Shown here piece by piece: positions 22,927-33,122 of a DNA stretch of 64,000 nt. The notes under the pieces were generated by a model. The model ran no database searches. It was not told where the DNA came from and saw nothing but the letters and a program-made list of their open reading frames with translations. The translations under genes and the position numbers were made by a program. Within the stretch, counting starts at the first letter, position 1. Each line of letters starts with the position of its first letter. Source of the stretch: Hamadaea tsunoensis DSM 44101. Lineage in GTDB: Bacteria > Actinomycetota > Actinomycetes > Mycobacteriales > Micromonosporaceae. The DNA is taken from the NCBI RefSeq assembly GCF_000428945.1, contig NZ_AUAX01000035.1, forward strand, positions 15,368-79,367, written 5' to 3'.

Positions 22927-22940
22927 TGGGAACGCTCCCA
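22927..22940. promoter_or_regulatory. CebR operator box 1 (TGGGAACGCTCCCA)
   Basis: 14-bp palindrome matching the actinomycete CebR consensus TGGGAGCGCTCCCA in 13 of 14 positions; 134 bp upstream of cebE. Confidence 0.6.
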
Positions 22941-22948
22941 TCCGCCGC

Positions 22949-22977
22949 TTGACACCGATGTAACCTCACGGCAATCT
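22949..22977 (+). promoter_or_regulatory. Putative cebE promoter: TTGACA - 17 bp - CAATCT, lying between the two CebR boxes
   Basis: Perfect -35 hexamer seen directly; weak -10; the position between operators fits repression by occlusion. Confidence 0.3.
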
Positions 22978-22979
22978 CA

Positions 22980-22993
22980 TGGGAGCGCTCCCG
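22980..22993. promoter_or_regulatory. CebR operator box 2 (TGGGAGCGCTCCCG)
   Basis: Matches the consensus in 13 of 14 positions; 81 bp upstream of the cebE ATG. Confidence 0.6.
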
Positions 22994-23073
22994 GCTGTGT
23001 GGTCCACGCCACTCCGAGCAGCGAGCGGATCCACCCCCACCTGCACTGACATCGACCTGAGAGGGGTCTTTCG

Positions 23074-24381
23074 ATGGGCGTAACCCCGCGCCGCCGTGCC
23101 CTCGCGGCGGCCGCTGTTCTCGCCGTGGCCGCCCTGGGCCTTACGGCTTGCGGCGACAGCAAGGACAAGTCGTCCTCCGGCTCGGAGCAGATCACGTTGA
23201 ACGTCGACGTGTTCGGTAACTTCGGTTACGAGGAGCTCTACAAGCAGTACATGCAGGAGCACCCGAACATCAAGATCGTTGAGCGCGGTACGGGCTCCCA
23301 GCTGGGTGACTACACCCAGCAGGTGACGCAGCGCCTCGCGGCCGGCAGCGGCCTTGGGGACGTCATCGCGATCGAGGAGGGCATGAGCATCGACATCATG
23401 GCCAAGTCCTCGAACTTCGCGGACCTGGGCCAGTACGGTGCCAAGGACCTCGCGGGCAACTTCCTCGACTGGAAGCAGAAGGCTGTCACGACCTCTGATG
23501 GCAAGATCATTGGTCTCGGCACCGACGTCGGCGGCATGGCCATGTGCTACCGCACCGACCTGTTCGCCAAGGCGGGCCTGCCCACCAACCGTGATGACGT
23601 CTCCAAGCTGTGGCCCACGTGGGACGACTACATCAACGTCGGCAAGACCTTCAAGTCGAAGGTCCCGGACGCGGGCTTCATCGACGCCGTCACCAACACG
23701 TACAACTCCATCCTGATGCAGGAGGCCGGCAACACCACCGGCTACACCTACTTCGACCCGCAGGGCAACTACGTCGCGGACAGCAACCCGGCCGTCCAGA
23801 AGGCCTGGAACACCTCGGTCGCGATCCTGAACGCCGGCCTGTCGGCGAAGCTGCAGGCGTGGACCGACCAGTGGAACGCGGGCTTCAAGAACGCCAAGTT
23901 CGCGACCATCGCCTGCCCCGCCTGGATGACCGGCTACATCACCACCCAGAACGGCGACGCCGGCAAGGGCAAGTGGGACATCGCCAAGGTCCCGGGCAAC
24001 GGTGGCAACTGGGGCGGCTCCTGGCTCGGCGTGCCGAAGCAGAGCAAGCACCAGAAGGAGGCCGCTGAGCTGGCCAAGTTCCTGACCAGCCCGGCCGGTC
24101 AGATCGCCGCCTTCAAGTCGAAGGGCAACCTGCCCTCCTCGCCGCAGGCGCTGGACGACCCGGCCGTCAAGGCCGCTGTGAACGAGTACTTCAGCAACGC
24201 CCCCACCGGCCAGATCTTCGGTGACGGCGCGAAGCAGCTGAAGCCCGTCTACCTGGGTGCCAAGAACGTTCCGGTCCGCACTGCGGTCGAGAACGCGCTG
24301 CGCACCGTCGAGCAGGGTACGCGCCAGGCGGACGCCGCCTGGGCCGCGGCTGTCGCGGACGGCAAGAAGGCCGCCGCGTAA
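23074..24381 (+). CDS. cebE: Cellobiose/cello-oligosaccharide ABC transporter substrate-binding lipoprotein (solute-binding protein family 1)
   Basis: Lipobox LTACGDS; family-1 sugar-binding protein fold; operon with two permeases and a GH1 beta-glucosidase, preceded by CebR boxes. Confidence 0.75.
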   Translation: MGVTPRRRALAAAAVLAVAALGLTACGDSKDKSSSGSEQITLNVDVFGNFGYEELYKQYMQEHPNIKIVERGTGSQLGDYTQQVTQRLAAGSGLGDVIAIEEGMSIDIMAKSSNFADLGQYGAKDLAGNFLDWKQKAVTTSDGKIIGLGTDVGGMAMCYRTDLFAKAGLPTNRDDVSKLWPTWDDYINVGKTFKSKVPDAGFIDAVTNTYNSILMQEAGNTTGYTYFDPQGNYVADSNPAVQKAWNTSVAILNAGLSAKLQAWTDQWNAGFKNAKFATIACPAWMTGYITTQNGDAGKGKWDIAKVPGNGGNWGGSWLGVPKQSKHQKEAAELAKFLTSPAGQIAAFKSKGNLPSSPQALDDPAVKAAVNEYFSNAPTGQIFGDGAKQLKPVYLGAKNVPVRTAVENALRTVEQGTRQADAAWAAAVADGKKAAA

Positions 24382-24455
24382 CCAGGTTTCACGCAGGGCG
24401 CCGGTACGCGGGGCAAGCCGCGTACCGGCGCACAGCTACCTTGGGAGTAGTTCCA

Positions 24456-25469
24456 ATGACCCTGCCGACCACGGCACCCCGGCCGACGCGTTCGGACCGG
24501 CGCCCGGCGGACCGCGAGCTTCCGCGGCCGGGCTGGGGGCGGTTCAGCAAGCTGGACACGAAGGCTTCGCCGTACCTCTACATCGCCCCGTTCTTCATCC
24601 TCTTCGGGATCTTCGGCGCGTACCCGCTCGTTTACACGGCCTGGGTCGCGCTGCACCACTGGGAGGTCGGCGCCGACACCCACACGTTCGTCGGGCTCGA
24701 CAACTTCACGAAGATCCTGTCCGACTCGGACTTCTGGAACGCCGTCTACAACACGGTCGGCATCTTCGTGCTGTCGACGATCCCCCAGCTGCTGCTCGCG
24801 CTCGTCCTGGCGAACGCGCTCAACAAGCGGATGCGGGGCCGCACGTTCTGGCGGATGGGTGTGCTCATCCCGAACATCACGTCGGTCGCGGCCGTCTCCA
24901 TCGTCTTCAGCCAGCTGTTCGGCCGGGACTTCGGCTTCATAAACTGGATCCTGCACTTCTTCGGCGTGCAGCCGTTCGAGTGGCAGGCGTACAAGTGGTC
25001 GTCCTGGATCGCGGTGTCCACGATGGTCGACTGGCGCTGGATCGGCTACAACGCGTTGATCTACCTGGCCGCCATGCAGTCCATCCCGAAGGACATCTAC
25101 GAGTCGGCCTCGCTCGACGGCGCCTCGTCGCGGCGGCAGTTCTGGACCCTGACGGTTCCCATGCTGCGGCCCACGATCATCTTCACGGTGATCATCTCGA
25201 CCATCGGCGGCCTCCAGCTGTACGCCGAGCCGCTGCTGTTCAACGGCGGCACGAACCCGTTCCTCGGTGGAACGCTGCGCCAGTCGCAGACGGTGACGAT
25301 GTACCTGATGGAGCAGTTCTTCGGACGGTTCCAGTTCGGTGACATGGCCGCCGTGGCCTGGCTGCTGTTCCTGCTCATCATGATCTTCGCCGGGATCAAC
25401 TACCTGATCACCTCCCGGCTGGAGCGCTCCGACAAGAAGTCGAGCAAGAAGCGCGGAGGTACGCGATGA
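24456..25469 (+). CDS. cebF: Sugar ABC transporter permease (MalF/CebF-like)
   Basis: Six TM segments; EAA-like loop [16 protein letters not shown]; start at MTLPT with a GGGAG SD. Confidence 0.8.
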   Translation: MTLPTTAPRPTRSDRRPADRELPRPGWGRFSKLDTKASPYLYIAPFFILFGIFGAYPLVYTAWVALHHWEVGADTHTFVGLDNFTKILSDSDFWNAVYNTVGIFVLSTIPQLLLALVLANALNKRMRGRTFWRMGVLIPNITSVAAVSIVFSQLFGRDFGFINWILHFFGVQPFEWQAYKWSSWIAVSTMVDWRWIGYNALIYLAAMQSIPKDIYESASLDGASSRRQFWTLTVPMLRPTIIFTVIISTIGGLQLYAEPLLFNGGTNPFLGGTLRQSQTVTMYLMEQFFGRFQFGDMAAVAWLLFLLIMIFAGINYLITSRLERSDKKSSKKRGGTR

Positions 25470-26362
25470 CCACGACCGCCGTGCGTACGCCCAGGTCGAC
25501 GCCGACCCCGCCGGCGCCCAAGCGTCGCGGACGGGACATGTTCGCCGCGACGCCGCTCACCTACGTCATGATCATCGCGACCGTGGCCATGTCGGTGTTC
25601 CCGCTGTACTACATGATCGTGGTCGCGACGCGGACGAACGACACCGTCGCCAGCATCCCGCCGCCGCTCACGCCGGGCGGCAACCTCGGGTCGAACATGT
25701 CGCGCCTGCTCAACAACGAGAACGCGCAGTTCCTCACCGGCATGATGAACTCGGCGCTGTCGTCGCTGATGGTGACCGTGTCCGTGGTGTTCTTCTCGAC
25801 CCTGGCCGGGTTCGCCTTCGGCAAGCTGCGCTTCCGCGGCCGCAACAAGTTCATGCTGGCCATCCTCATCACGATGATGGTCCCGGCGCAGCTCGGCGTC
25901 GTGCCGCTGTACATGCTCATGAACGACCTGGGCTGGACCGGCCGGCTGCCGGCCGTCACGGTGCCGTTCCTGGTCAACGGCTTCGGCGTGTTCATGATGC
26001 GGCAGTACGTCACGCAGTCGGTGCCGGACGAGCTGATCGAGGCGGCCCGCGTCGACGGCTGCAACACGTTCCGCATCTACTGGAGCGTGGTCCTGCCGGC
26101 CCTGCGGCCGGCCATCGCGGTGCTCGCGCTGTTCACTTTCATGGCGCAGTGGAACGAGTTCTTCTGGGCGTCCCTGGCCATGAACGACCCGTCCAACCCG
26201 ACAGTCCAGATTTCGCTCAAATTGCTGTCGACCGGCTACTACAACGACTATGCGCAGGTGTTCGCGGGTACGCTGCTGTCCATCCTGCCGATGTTCATCG
26301 TGTTCATCGTTTTCGGCCGCCAGATCATCGGCGGCATCATGGAAGGTGCACTCAAGGCGTGA
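25466..26362 (+). CDS. cebG: Sugar ABC transporter permease (MalG/CebG-like)
   Basis: ATGA overlap with cebF; EAA loop [17 protein letters not shown]. Confidence 0.8.
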   Translation: MTTTAVRTPRSTPTPPAPKRRGRDMFAATPLTYVMIIATVAMSVFPLYYMIVVATRTNDTVASIPPPLTPGGNLGSNMSRLLNNENAQFLTGMMNSALSSLMVTVSVVFFSTLAGFAFGKLRFRGRNKFMLAILITMMVPAQLGVVPLYMLMNDLGWTGRLPAVTVPFLVNGFGVFMMRQYVTQSVPDELIEAARVDGCNTFRIYWSVVLPALRPAIAVLALFTFMAQWNEFFWASLAMNDPSNPTVQISLKLLSTGYYNDYAQVFAGTLLSILPMFIVFIVFGRQIIGGIMEGALKA

Positions 26363-27765
26363 CCAGCGACAACCGGACCTTCCCGGCCGACTTCCTGTGG
26401 GGTGCGGCCACCGCGTCCTACCAGATCGAGGGGGCCGTCGCCGAAGACGGCCGCGGCCCGTCGATCTGGGACACGTTCAGCCACACTCCCGGCCGGACGG
26501 TCAACGGTGACACCGGAGACGTGGCCGACGATCACTACCACCGAGTCGCCGAGGACGTCGCCCTCATGGCCAAGCTCGGGCTCAAGGCGTACCGGTTCAG
26601 CACGGCGTGGCCGCGCATCCAGCCGGACGGCCGGGGCCCGGCCAACCAGGCCGGCCTCGACTTCTACTCCCGCCTCGTGGACGAGCTGCTCGCCAACGGC
26701 ATCCAGCCGTGGGTGACGCTCTACCACTGGGACCTGCCGCAGGCCCTGGAGGACCTCGGCGGCTGGCCGTCGCGGGAGGTCGCCGAGCGCTTCGCCGAGT
26801 ACGCCGAGATCACGCACGCCGCCCTGGGCGACCGGGTCCGGCACTGGATCACGCTCAACGAGCCGTGGTGCACCGCGTACCTCGGCTATGGCAACGGCCA
26901 CCACGCGCCGGGCCGCACGAACGGCGCGGACGCCCTCGCGGCGGTGCACCACCTGAACCTCGCGCACGGCCTCGCGGTGCGGGCGATCCGCGCGGCCGAT
27001 CCGGGCGCGCAGGTGGGTGTCACGCTGAACCTGCACTCGCTGCTGGCCAAGACGGACTCGGCCGCCGACCAGGACGCGGTACGCCGCATCGACGGCATCG
27101 GCAACCGGGTGTTCCTCGACCCGATCTTCAAGGGCGAGTTCCCGGCCGACGTGGCGCGGGACGTGGCCGGGCTGACCGACCTGTCCTTCATCCAGGACGG
27201 TGACCTGGCGACCATCGCCGCTCCGCTCGACTTCCTCGGCGTGAACTACTACAGCCGCAGCGTCGTCAGCGGACCCGAGGACGACGAGGGCTTCCACGAC
27301 TCGCACAGCGGGGCGTGGCCGGGCAGCGACAAGGTCCAGTTCCACACCCGAGGCCTGCCGGTGACGCAGATGGGCTGGGAGATCGACGCGCCCGGCCTGA
27401 CCGCGCTGCTGGAGCGGGTGCACGCCGAGTACGGCCCGATCCCGCTCTACATCACCGAGAACGGGGCCGCGTACGCGGACGAGGTGGGCGCCGACGGCCA
27501 GGTCGCCGACCCCGACCGGATCGCGTACTACGACCTGCACCTGCGCGAATGCGCCCAGATGGCGGCGGACGGCGTACCTCTGCGGGGGTACTTCGCCTGG
27601 TCGCTCATGGACAATTTCGAATGGGCGTGGGGCTACGAGAAGCGGTTCGGACTGGTCCACGTCGACTACGCCACCCAGGTACGCACGCCGAAGGCGAGCT
27701 TCTCCTGGTACGCCGACGTGATCAGGAACAACGCCTTGATCACAGCACCGGATACCGGGAAGTAG
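26359..27765 (+). CDS. bglC: GH1 beta-glucosidase
   Basis: [15 protein letters not shown]; acid/base ITLNEPW; nucleophile YITENGAAY; GTG start overlaps the cebG stop (GTGA). Confidence 0.9.
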   Translation: MTSDNRTFPADFLWGAATASYQIEGAVAEDGRGPSIWDTFSHTPGRTVNGDTGDVADDHYHRVAEDVALMAKLGLKAYRFSTAWPRIQPDGRGPANQAGLDFYSRLVDELLANGIQPWVTLYHWDLPQALEDLGGWPSREVAERFAEYAEITHAALGDRVRHWITLNEPWCTAYLGYGNGHHAPGRTNGADALAAVHHLNLAHGLAVRAIRAADPGAQVGVTLNLHSLLAKTDSAADQDAVRRIDGIGNRVFLDPIFKGEFPADVARDVAGLTDLSFIQDGDLATIAAPLDFLGVNYYSRSVVSGPEDDEGFHDSHSGAWPGSDKVQFHTRGLPVTQMGWEIDAPGLTALLERVHAEYGPIPLYITENGAAYADEVGADGQVADPDRIAYYDLHLRECAQMAADGVPLRGYFAWSLMDNFEWAWGYEKRFGLVHVDYATQVRTPKASFSWYADVIRNNALITAPDTGK

Positions 27766-27776
27766 AGTTCACAGGT

Positions 27777-28805
27777 ATGGCAGCCACCCCGCGCGCCCGG
27801 TCGGCCGGGCGACCCACGCTGGACCAGGTCGCCGCCCATGCGGGCGTCGGCCGTGGAACGGTGTCCCGCGTCGTCAACGGTTCCCCACAGGTCAGCCCGG
27901 AAGCCCGGGCTGTCGTGGAGAAGGCGATCGAGGAACTGGGTTACGTGCCGAACCGGGCCGCGCGGGCCCTGGTCACACAGCGTACGGATTCGGTCGCGCT
28001 GGTGGTCTCCGAGTCCGGTGAGCGGCTGTTCGCCGAGCCGTTCTTCGCGGCCATCCTGCGCGGCATCTCCAACGCCCTGTCCGACACCCAGCTGCAGCTC
28101 TGGCTGGCCATGGCGCAGTCGCCGGCCGAGCGGCACCGGGTCGAGCAGCACCTGACCGACCAGCACGTGGACGGCGTACTGCTGCTGTCGCTGCACTACG
28201 CCGATCCGCTGCCGAACATGCTCGAATCGCGCGGCCTGCCGACCGTGATCTCGCCGCGGCCGGCCGACGGCGAGGGCTACTTCGTCGACGTCGACAACGT
28301 CGGCGGCGGCCGGATCGCCACCGAGCACCTGATCTCCTCGGGCCGCCGCACGATCGCCACCATCGCCGGTCCGCCCGACCTCGCCCCCGGCGTCGACCGC
28401 CTCGCCGGCTACGAGCAGGCCCTGCACAACGCGAAACTCCCGGTCCGCGACGAGCTCATCGCCCGCGGTGACTTCTCCGAGGCCTCCGGGTACGCGGAGA
28501 TGCAGGCGCTGCTGGAACGCGTACCGGGGATCGACGCGGTCTTCGCCGCCTCGGACGTCATGGCCGCCGGTGCCCTGCGGGCGCTGCGCGAGGCCGGCCG
28601 GGTGGTGCCCCGGGACGTGGCCATCGTCGGCTTCGAGGACTCCGTCGTGGCCCGCCAGACGGATCCGCAGCTGACCAGCGTCTTCCAGCCGGTGGAGGAG
28701 ATGGGCCGGCAGATGGCCCGGATGCTGGTCGACCTCATCCGGGGCGAGCAGCCGCCGAAGACGGTGCTGCTCGACACCCACCTCGTCCACCGCGCCAGCG
28801 CCTGA
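27777..28805 (+). CDS. cebR: LacI-family transcriptional repressor (CebR-like)
   Basis: HTH PTLDQVAAHAGVGRGTVSRVVNG plus periplasmic-binding-fold sugar sensor; follows bglC after an 11-bp gap. Confidence 0.75.
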   Translation: MAATPRARSAGRPTLDQVAAHAGVGRGTVSRVVNGSPQVSPEARAVVEKAIEELGYVPNRAARALVTQRTDSVALVVSESGERLFAEPFFAAILRGISNALSDTQLQLWLAMAQSPAERHRVEQHLTDQHVDGVLLLSLHYADPLPNMLESRGLPTVISPRPADGEGYFVDVDNVGGGRIATEHLISSGRRTIATIAGPPDLAPGVDRLAGYEQALHNAKLPVRDELIARGDFSEASGYAEMQALLERVPGIDAVFAASDVMAAGALRALREAGRVVPRDVAIVGFEDSVVARQTDPQLTSVFQPVEEMGRQMARMLVDLIRGEQPPKTVLLDTHLVHRASA

Positions 28806-28837
28806 CCCGCGCCCTCACTCTCGCCCCGACCCTCGCC

Positions 28838-28948
28838 CAAGATCCGCCCCAAGATCCCGTTTGGATCAGGGATCCGCACGTAATCTTGGTCCAAGATTCG
28901 GGTGATTTCCCTGACCCAAACGGGATCCTGGGGGGCGGATCTTGGGTG
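28838..28948. repeat. ~100-bp palindromic intergenic repeat, copy 1 (arms GATCCCGTTTGGATCAGGG...CCAAGATTCGGGTGATTTCCCTGA(T/C)CCAAACGGGATC)
   Basis: Near-perfect inverted repeat seen directly; further copies at 34391, 50623 and 58011. Confidence 0.6.
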
Positions 28949-29047
28949 GATTTGTCGCCGTGATGGGCAGGCAATCGGCGCGTAACGCCAATGGGGCATT
29001 CTGGACGTCATTCTTCTGCGGAACACTTCGCACATGGGGAGGCGTCC

Positions 29048-29833
29048 ATGCTGTTGCGCATCAGGGTCGCGCTGCCTGATCGACCGGGGTCGCTCGGTCA
29101 GGTCGCGCGTACCCTCGGCGTCGCCGGGGCCGACATCGTCCAGGTCGTCGTGCTCGAACGGGCCGTCGGCCGGGCCGTGGACGACTTCACCGTCGTGTGG
29201 CCGAGCGGGGCGAGCGTACGCCGCCTGATGTCCGGTCTCGGTGCGATGCCCGGGGTCCGCGTCGACGGGGTCTGGCAGGCGATCGGCGCTCCCGTGCACG
29301 GCGGCAACGACGCCGAGCTGCTGGCCCAGGTCGCCGTGCACCCGAACGACGGCCTCGCCACCCTGGTCGACGCCGTTCCCGGGCTGCTGGCCGCCGAGTG
29401 GGCCGCCGTCCTGGTCGTGCCGGCCGACTGGGCGCTGCGCAGCGCCGGCGGACGCCGGATCGAGGCGGCCGAGCCCGCCGTCGTCCACGCGAGCTGGCGG
29501 GCGCCGGAGTCCCCGAAACTGCCGGCCGTGACCCCGTTGCGGGCGCGGGCGCTCAGCGGCCCCGACGGCACCCGGTACGCGGTCGCGCCCTTCGGCCGGG
29601 CCGGACTGGTGCTCGTCACGGCCCGGGGCGGGGAGATCAACACGTTGCCGGCCGAGCCGGAGCCGTTCTTCGGCGTACCGGTCGACGACCTGCCGCACCC
29701 GCCGGCCGCCGCCTTCCACACCTCCGAGGTGGACCGCCTGGCCCAGCTCGTCCGCGCGGCCGCTCTGGTGCTGGGCGACCGCCTGGACCTGGTGAGCGCG
29801 CCGCCGGTCCGGACGCCGGCTCCGCTGAGCTGA
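29048..29833 (+). CDS. ACT-domain protein of unknown function
   Basis: N-terminal ACT fold MLLRIRVALPDRPGSLGQVARTLGVAGADIVQVVVLE; SD atggggagg; paralogous to the N-terminus of the next gene. Confidence 0.55.
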   Translation: MLLRIRVALPDRPGSLGQVARTLGVAGADIVQVVVLERAVGRAVDDFTVVWPSGASVRRLMSGLGAMPGVRVDGVWQAIGAPVHGGNDAELLAQVAVHPNDGLATLVDAVPGLLAAEWAAVLVVPADWALRSAGGRRIEAAEPAVVHASWRAPESPKLPAVTPLRARALSGPDGTRYAVAPFGRAGLVLVTARGGEINTLPAEPEPFFGVPVDDLPHPPAAAFHTSEVDRLAQLVRAAALVLGDRLDLVSAPPVRTPAPLS

Positions 29834-29959
29834 CCTTGATCGTGATCCCGACCACAGAATCCGGACGATTTCCCCTGGTAACCGCCGTGTAATGGCGGAG
29901 GATCAGGCTCAGGAGGAGGCAGCGGAGCCGATATCCCGATCGTTCGGCAGGGGGCAGAC

Positions 29960-30982
29960 ATGTCGTTGTGGCGCGTACGGGCGACGGTGGACGACCGGCC
30001 CGGCTATCTGGCGGTGCTGGCGGCGAGCCTCGCACTGCGCTCGGTGAACATCCTCTCCGTCCAGGTGCACACCACCGAGGCGGGCGCGGTCGACGACTTC
30101 CTGGTCGACGCGCCGGCCGGGCTCAGCGAGGCCGACCTGATGGCCGCCGTCGAGAAGGGCCGGGGCCGCGACGCCTGGATCGGCCGCGCCGACGCGCACG
30201 GGCTGGTGGATCCGCCGACGCAGGCCCTCGGGCACGCGCTGCGGCTGGTGTCCAACCCGGAAGGGCTTGGCGACGTGCTCAAGGCCCTGCTCGACTGCGA
30301 GGTCTCCTGGCGGCCGGCCCGCGGCGCCGTGCACTTCCTGCCCGACGAGCTGGCGGTCACCGACCCCGCCGGCGGGATGCTGGTCCTCAACCGGCGCCAC
30401 CCCGCGTTCACCCCCGCCGAGTACGCCCGGGCGCAGGCCCTGGCCGAGATCGCGGCCCAGGCCACGGCGGCCCAGCTCGTGCAGGCCAGCCTGCTCCTGC
30501 CGGACGGATCGGAGCTCAGCGTACGCGTGGCGCATTCGTCCGATGTGGAGGAGATCGTCGCCATGCACGGCCGGTGCTCGGCGGAGAGCCTCTACCGGCG
30601 GTACCTGACCGGGACCCGTGGTCCGACGGCGGAGCAGGTCGCCCGGCTCGTCGAGCCCCGCCGCGGCTGCTCCCTCGTCGCCGGTACGCCCGACGGCCGC
30701 GTGGTCGCGTTCGCGAACCTGCTCGGCGAGGGCGACCTGGCCGAGGCGGCCCTGCTCGTGCAGGACGGCTGGCAGGGGCGCGGTCTCGGAACGGCCCTGC
30801 TGCGCCGGCTCGTGGCGCTCGCCCGCCCGGCCGACATCGTGGCGATCGAGCTGCACACCCATGCCGACAACGCGGCGATGCTGCGTACCGTGCGGCGGTT
30901 GGGGGAGCCGGTCGCGTACGACCGGGACGGTTCGATCGTCACCGCGACGCTCGCGCTGGCCGGGGCGCGGCAACCTGCCTGA
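29960..30982 (+). CDS. ACT-domain protein fused to a C-terminal GNAT acetyltransferase domain
   Basis: N-terminal ACT (MSLWRVRATVDDRPGYLAVLAASL...) and C-terminal GNAT motif A QDGWQGRGLGTALLRRLVALAR. Confidence 0.65.
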   Translation: MSLWRVRATVDDRPGYLAVLAASLALRSVNILSVQVHTTEAGAVDDFLVDAPAGLSEADLMAAVEKGRGRDAWIGRADAHGLVDPPTQALGHALRLVSNPEGLGDVLKALLDCEVSWRPARGAVHFLPDELAVTDPAGGMLVLNRRHPAFTPAEYARAQALAEIAAQATAAQLVQASLLLPDGSELSVRVAHSSDVEEIVAMHGRCSAESLYRRYLTGTRGPTAEQVARLVEPRRGCSLVAGTPDGRVVAFANLLGEGDLAEAALLVQDGWQGRGLGTALLRRLVALARPADIVAIELHTHADNAAMLRTVRRLGEPVAYDRDGSIVTATLALAGARQPA

Positions 30983-31000
30983 CGCCCCGGCCGTCACGCG

Positions 31001-33001
31001 TTACCGGGCGGGCTCGTCCTCGGAGGACTTCGCCTGCGACGGCAGGGAGAGCTTGCCCTCGCCGAGGGCCCGCATGATCACCGCGGCCAGCCCGTCGAGG
31101 CTGGATCCGCCGGTGACGAGGACCTCCGGCACGATGTTGATGTTGCCTTCGGCGATCGCACCGGCCACCGCCACGAGGGCCGTCGGCATCTCGCCGATCG
31201 CGCTGGTCTGGGCCTCGAAGCCGGTCGCCCGGGCGACCCCCATGGCCTCGACCGCCTTCGCCTCGGCGAGACCGATCGCCTGGATCTTGTCCGCGTCGGC
31301 CTGACCGGTGAGCCGCGTGTACGCCGCGTCACCGCCGGCCTGCGCCTCGCGGGCCTTCGCCCGGTTGCCGTTGATCTCGACGGAGACCTGGGCGGCCGCG
31401 AGTTCCGCCTGCATGTCGGCGGTACCGCGGGCCTTCTCCATCTCGACGCGGGCGGTCTGGGCGAGCTGCTGCTCCTTGTACGTGGCGCGTTCCTGGTTGG
31501 CGATCTCGCGCCGGGTCAGCACCTCGACCAGCTCCGGCGGGAAGGTGACGTCCTGGATGTAGACGCCCTTCGTCTCGATCTCGTACCCGGCCAGGTAGCG
31601 GGTGACCACGCCGTGCGCGCTCTGCTGCACCTCCATGCGGGTCTCGATGAACTTGACCGCTTCGAGCTGCTGCAGGGTGTTGCGGAAGTGGTTGCCGACG
31701 GCGGACTGGAGCACCTCGTTCACGAGGTTCTTCATCGTGCCGACCATCGAGATCACCTTCGGCGCCCGCTGATCGGGGACGTGGATCTGCACCTGGAGGT
31801 CGATCGTGAAGACGAAGCCCTCCCGGCTCTTGCCCACGATCGGCTCCAGCCGGGCGTCCAGGTCGTGCGCCTGCGAACTGGCGTTGGCCCAGTTCAACGT
31901 CAGGATGAAGGTCGGGACCAACTCCGCTGAATAGATCCGGGGGTTGATCGCGTACTTGCCGGTGCGCAGGGGCTCCTGCCAGATGCCCCGGTGTCCCGGC
32001 CGGACGATGCTGCCGAATTTGAACTCCACGCCGGACGTGTCCAGCGTCGGCAGGCCCACGAAGGACTTGATCACCGCCACCTCGCCCTGGTTCACCACGA
32101 GCATCGCGACGAGCTCTACGCGTACCAGGAAAGGGTTGAGCAGGTAGGCCCCGTAGAGCAGGGGGTCGTGCTGCAGGCCGATGCGGCCGCCCTTGTCCAG
32201 GAAGGCCTGGAAGTCCTGGTAGTTGTTGTGCAGCTCGTTCTTGGAGCCGAGCAGGAGATCGATGATCTCGGCGTCCTGGGTCGCGGGCAGGGTCTCCAGC
32301 TGGGTGACGTCGTCGAAGCCGCCGAGGCGGCTGGCCAGGTCGCCGGAGTCGAGCGGCTCGCCCTCCAGGGCGGTCACGAGGCCGACCATGTCGACGTTGC
32401 CCTGCGGCGCGATGACGGTGACCTCGAGGTGCTCCGGGCGCAGCTTGAAGGCCGCGGGCGTGAGCTTGTTGTCGTGCGCGAGGGTGGCGAACTCGGGCGC
32501 CACGGGCAGGCCGAACACGCGGCGCGCGGTGAGCACGAGGAAGCCGACCGGGTGGATCGGCATCAGCGTGCCGGGCGGCAGCACGGGCCGCTGTACGCCC
32601 TTCTCGCCCGCGTTGCCGATGAAGCCCCGCAGGTCCGAGAAGTTCCCGAAGGACGGGTGGTAGAAGGCGCTCTTGGCGCCGATCGGCAGCGGGCGGCCCA
32701 CCTGGGAGATGACCACGCCGATCTCGCCGGCCTGGATCTGCACCCACGGGTACTTCGTGACCGAGTAGACCGGCCACAGCTTGAACCGCGCGCCGGGCAT
32801 CAGCAGGTCGGCCTGGTGGCCGGCCTCGCCGCGGAACGCGATCGGGTTGTCGTCGGGCAGCTTGCGCCCGAACTTCTTCGTCACCAGTCCGACCTGGGTC
32901 GGGCCGATCCGGTGCCAGGACTTGGCGACGAGAAGCAGGAAGATCAGGAGTACGCCTAGCGCCACGATGACGGCGACGCCCCCGAAAGCGATGTTCTCCA
33001 A
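31001..33001 (-). CDS. Flotillin-like SPFH/band-7 protein (YqiK family) with N-terminal TM and long coiled-coil C-terminus
   Basis: N-terminal TM (VAVIVALGVLLIFLLLVA); SPFH core; Ala/Glu/Gln-rich coiled coil. Confidence 0.75.
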   Translation of the reverse strand: MENIAFGGVAVIVALGVLLIFLLLVAKSWHRIGPTQVGLVTKKFGRKLPDDNPIAFRGEAGHQADLLMPGARFKLWPVYSVTKYPWVQIQAGEIGVVISQVGRPLPIGAKSAFYHPSFGNFSDLRGFIGNAGEKGVQRPVLPPGTLMPIHPVGFLVLTARRVFGLPVAPEFATLAHDNKLTPAAFKLRPEHLEVTVIAPQGNVDMVGLVTALEGEPLDSGDLASRLGGFDDVTQLETLPATQDAEIIDLLLGSKNELHNNYQDFQAFLDKGGRIGLQHDPLLYGAYLLNPFLVRVELVAMLVVNQGEVAVIKSFVGLPTLDTSGVEFKFGSIVRPGHRGIWQEPLRTGKYAINPRIYSAELVPTFILTLNWANASSQAHDLDARLEPIVGKSREGFVFTIDLQVQIHVPDQRAPKVISMVGTMKNLVNEVLQSAVGNHFRNTLQQLEAVKFIETRMEVQQSAHGVVTRYLAGYEIETKGVYIQDVTFPPELVEVLTRREIANQERATYKEQQLAQTARVEMEKARGTADMQAELAAAQVSVEINGNRAKAREAQAGGDAAYTRLTGQADADKIQAIGLAEAKAVEAMGVARATGFEAQTSAIGEMPTALVAVAGAIAEGNINIVPEVLVTGGSSLDGLAAVIMRALGEGKLSLPSQAKSSEDEPAR

Positions 33002-33122
33002 TGTGGCCTCCAGCCACGAGAAGGGTCGATCAAGACGCTAGACCCTGTCCGCAAGCGGATGTTCGCCGCCAGCACATCTGACCGCCATCGATGTGTCCGC
33101 CGGGTGCCGTACCAACAGCGCC

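Noticed and set aside
28735-28974. ORFs ending or starting in ...GSGKSPESW.../...HPNLGP... peptides (28735-28974, tails of 34410-35438, 49502-50866, 50657-50998, 57379-58215)
   Set aside because: These recurring peptides are translations of the palindromic intergenic repeat, not proteins.
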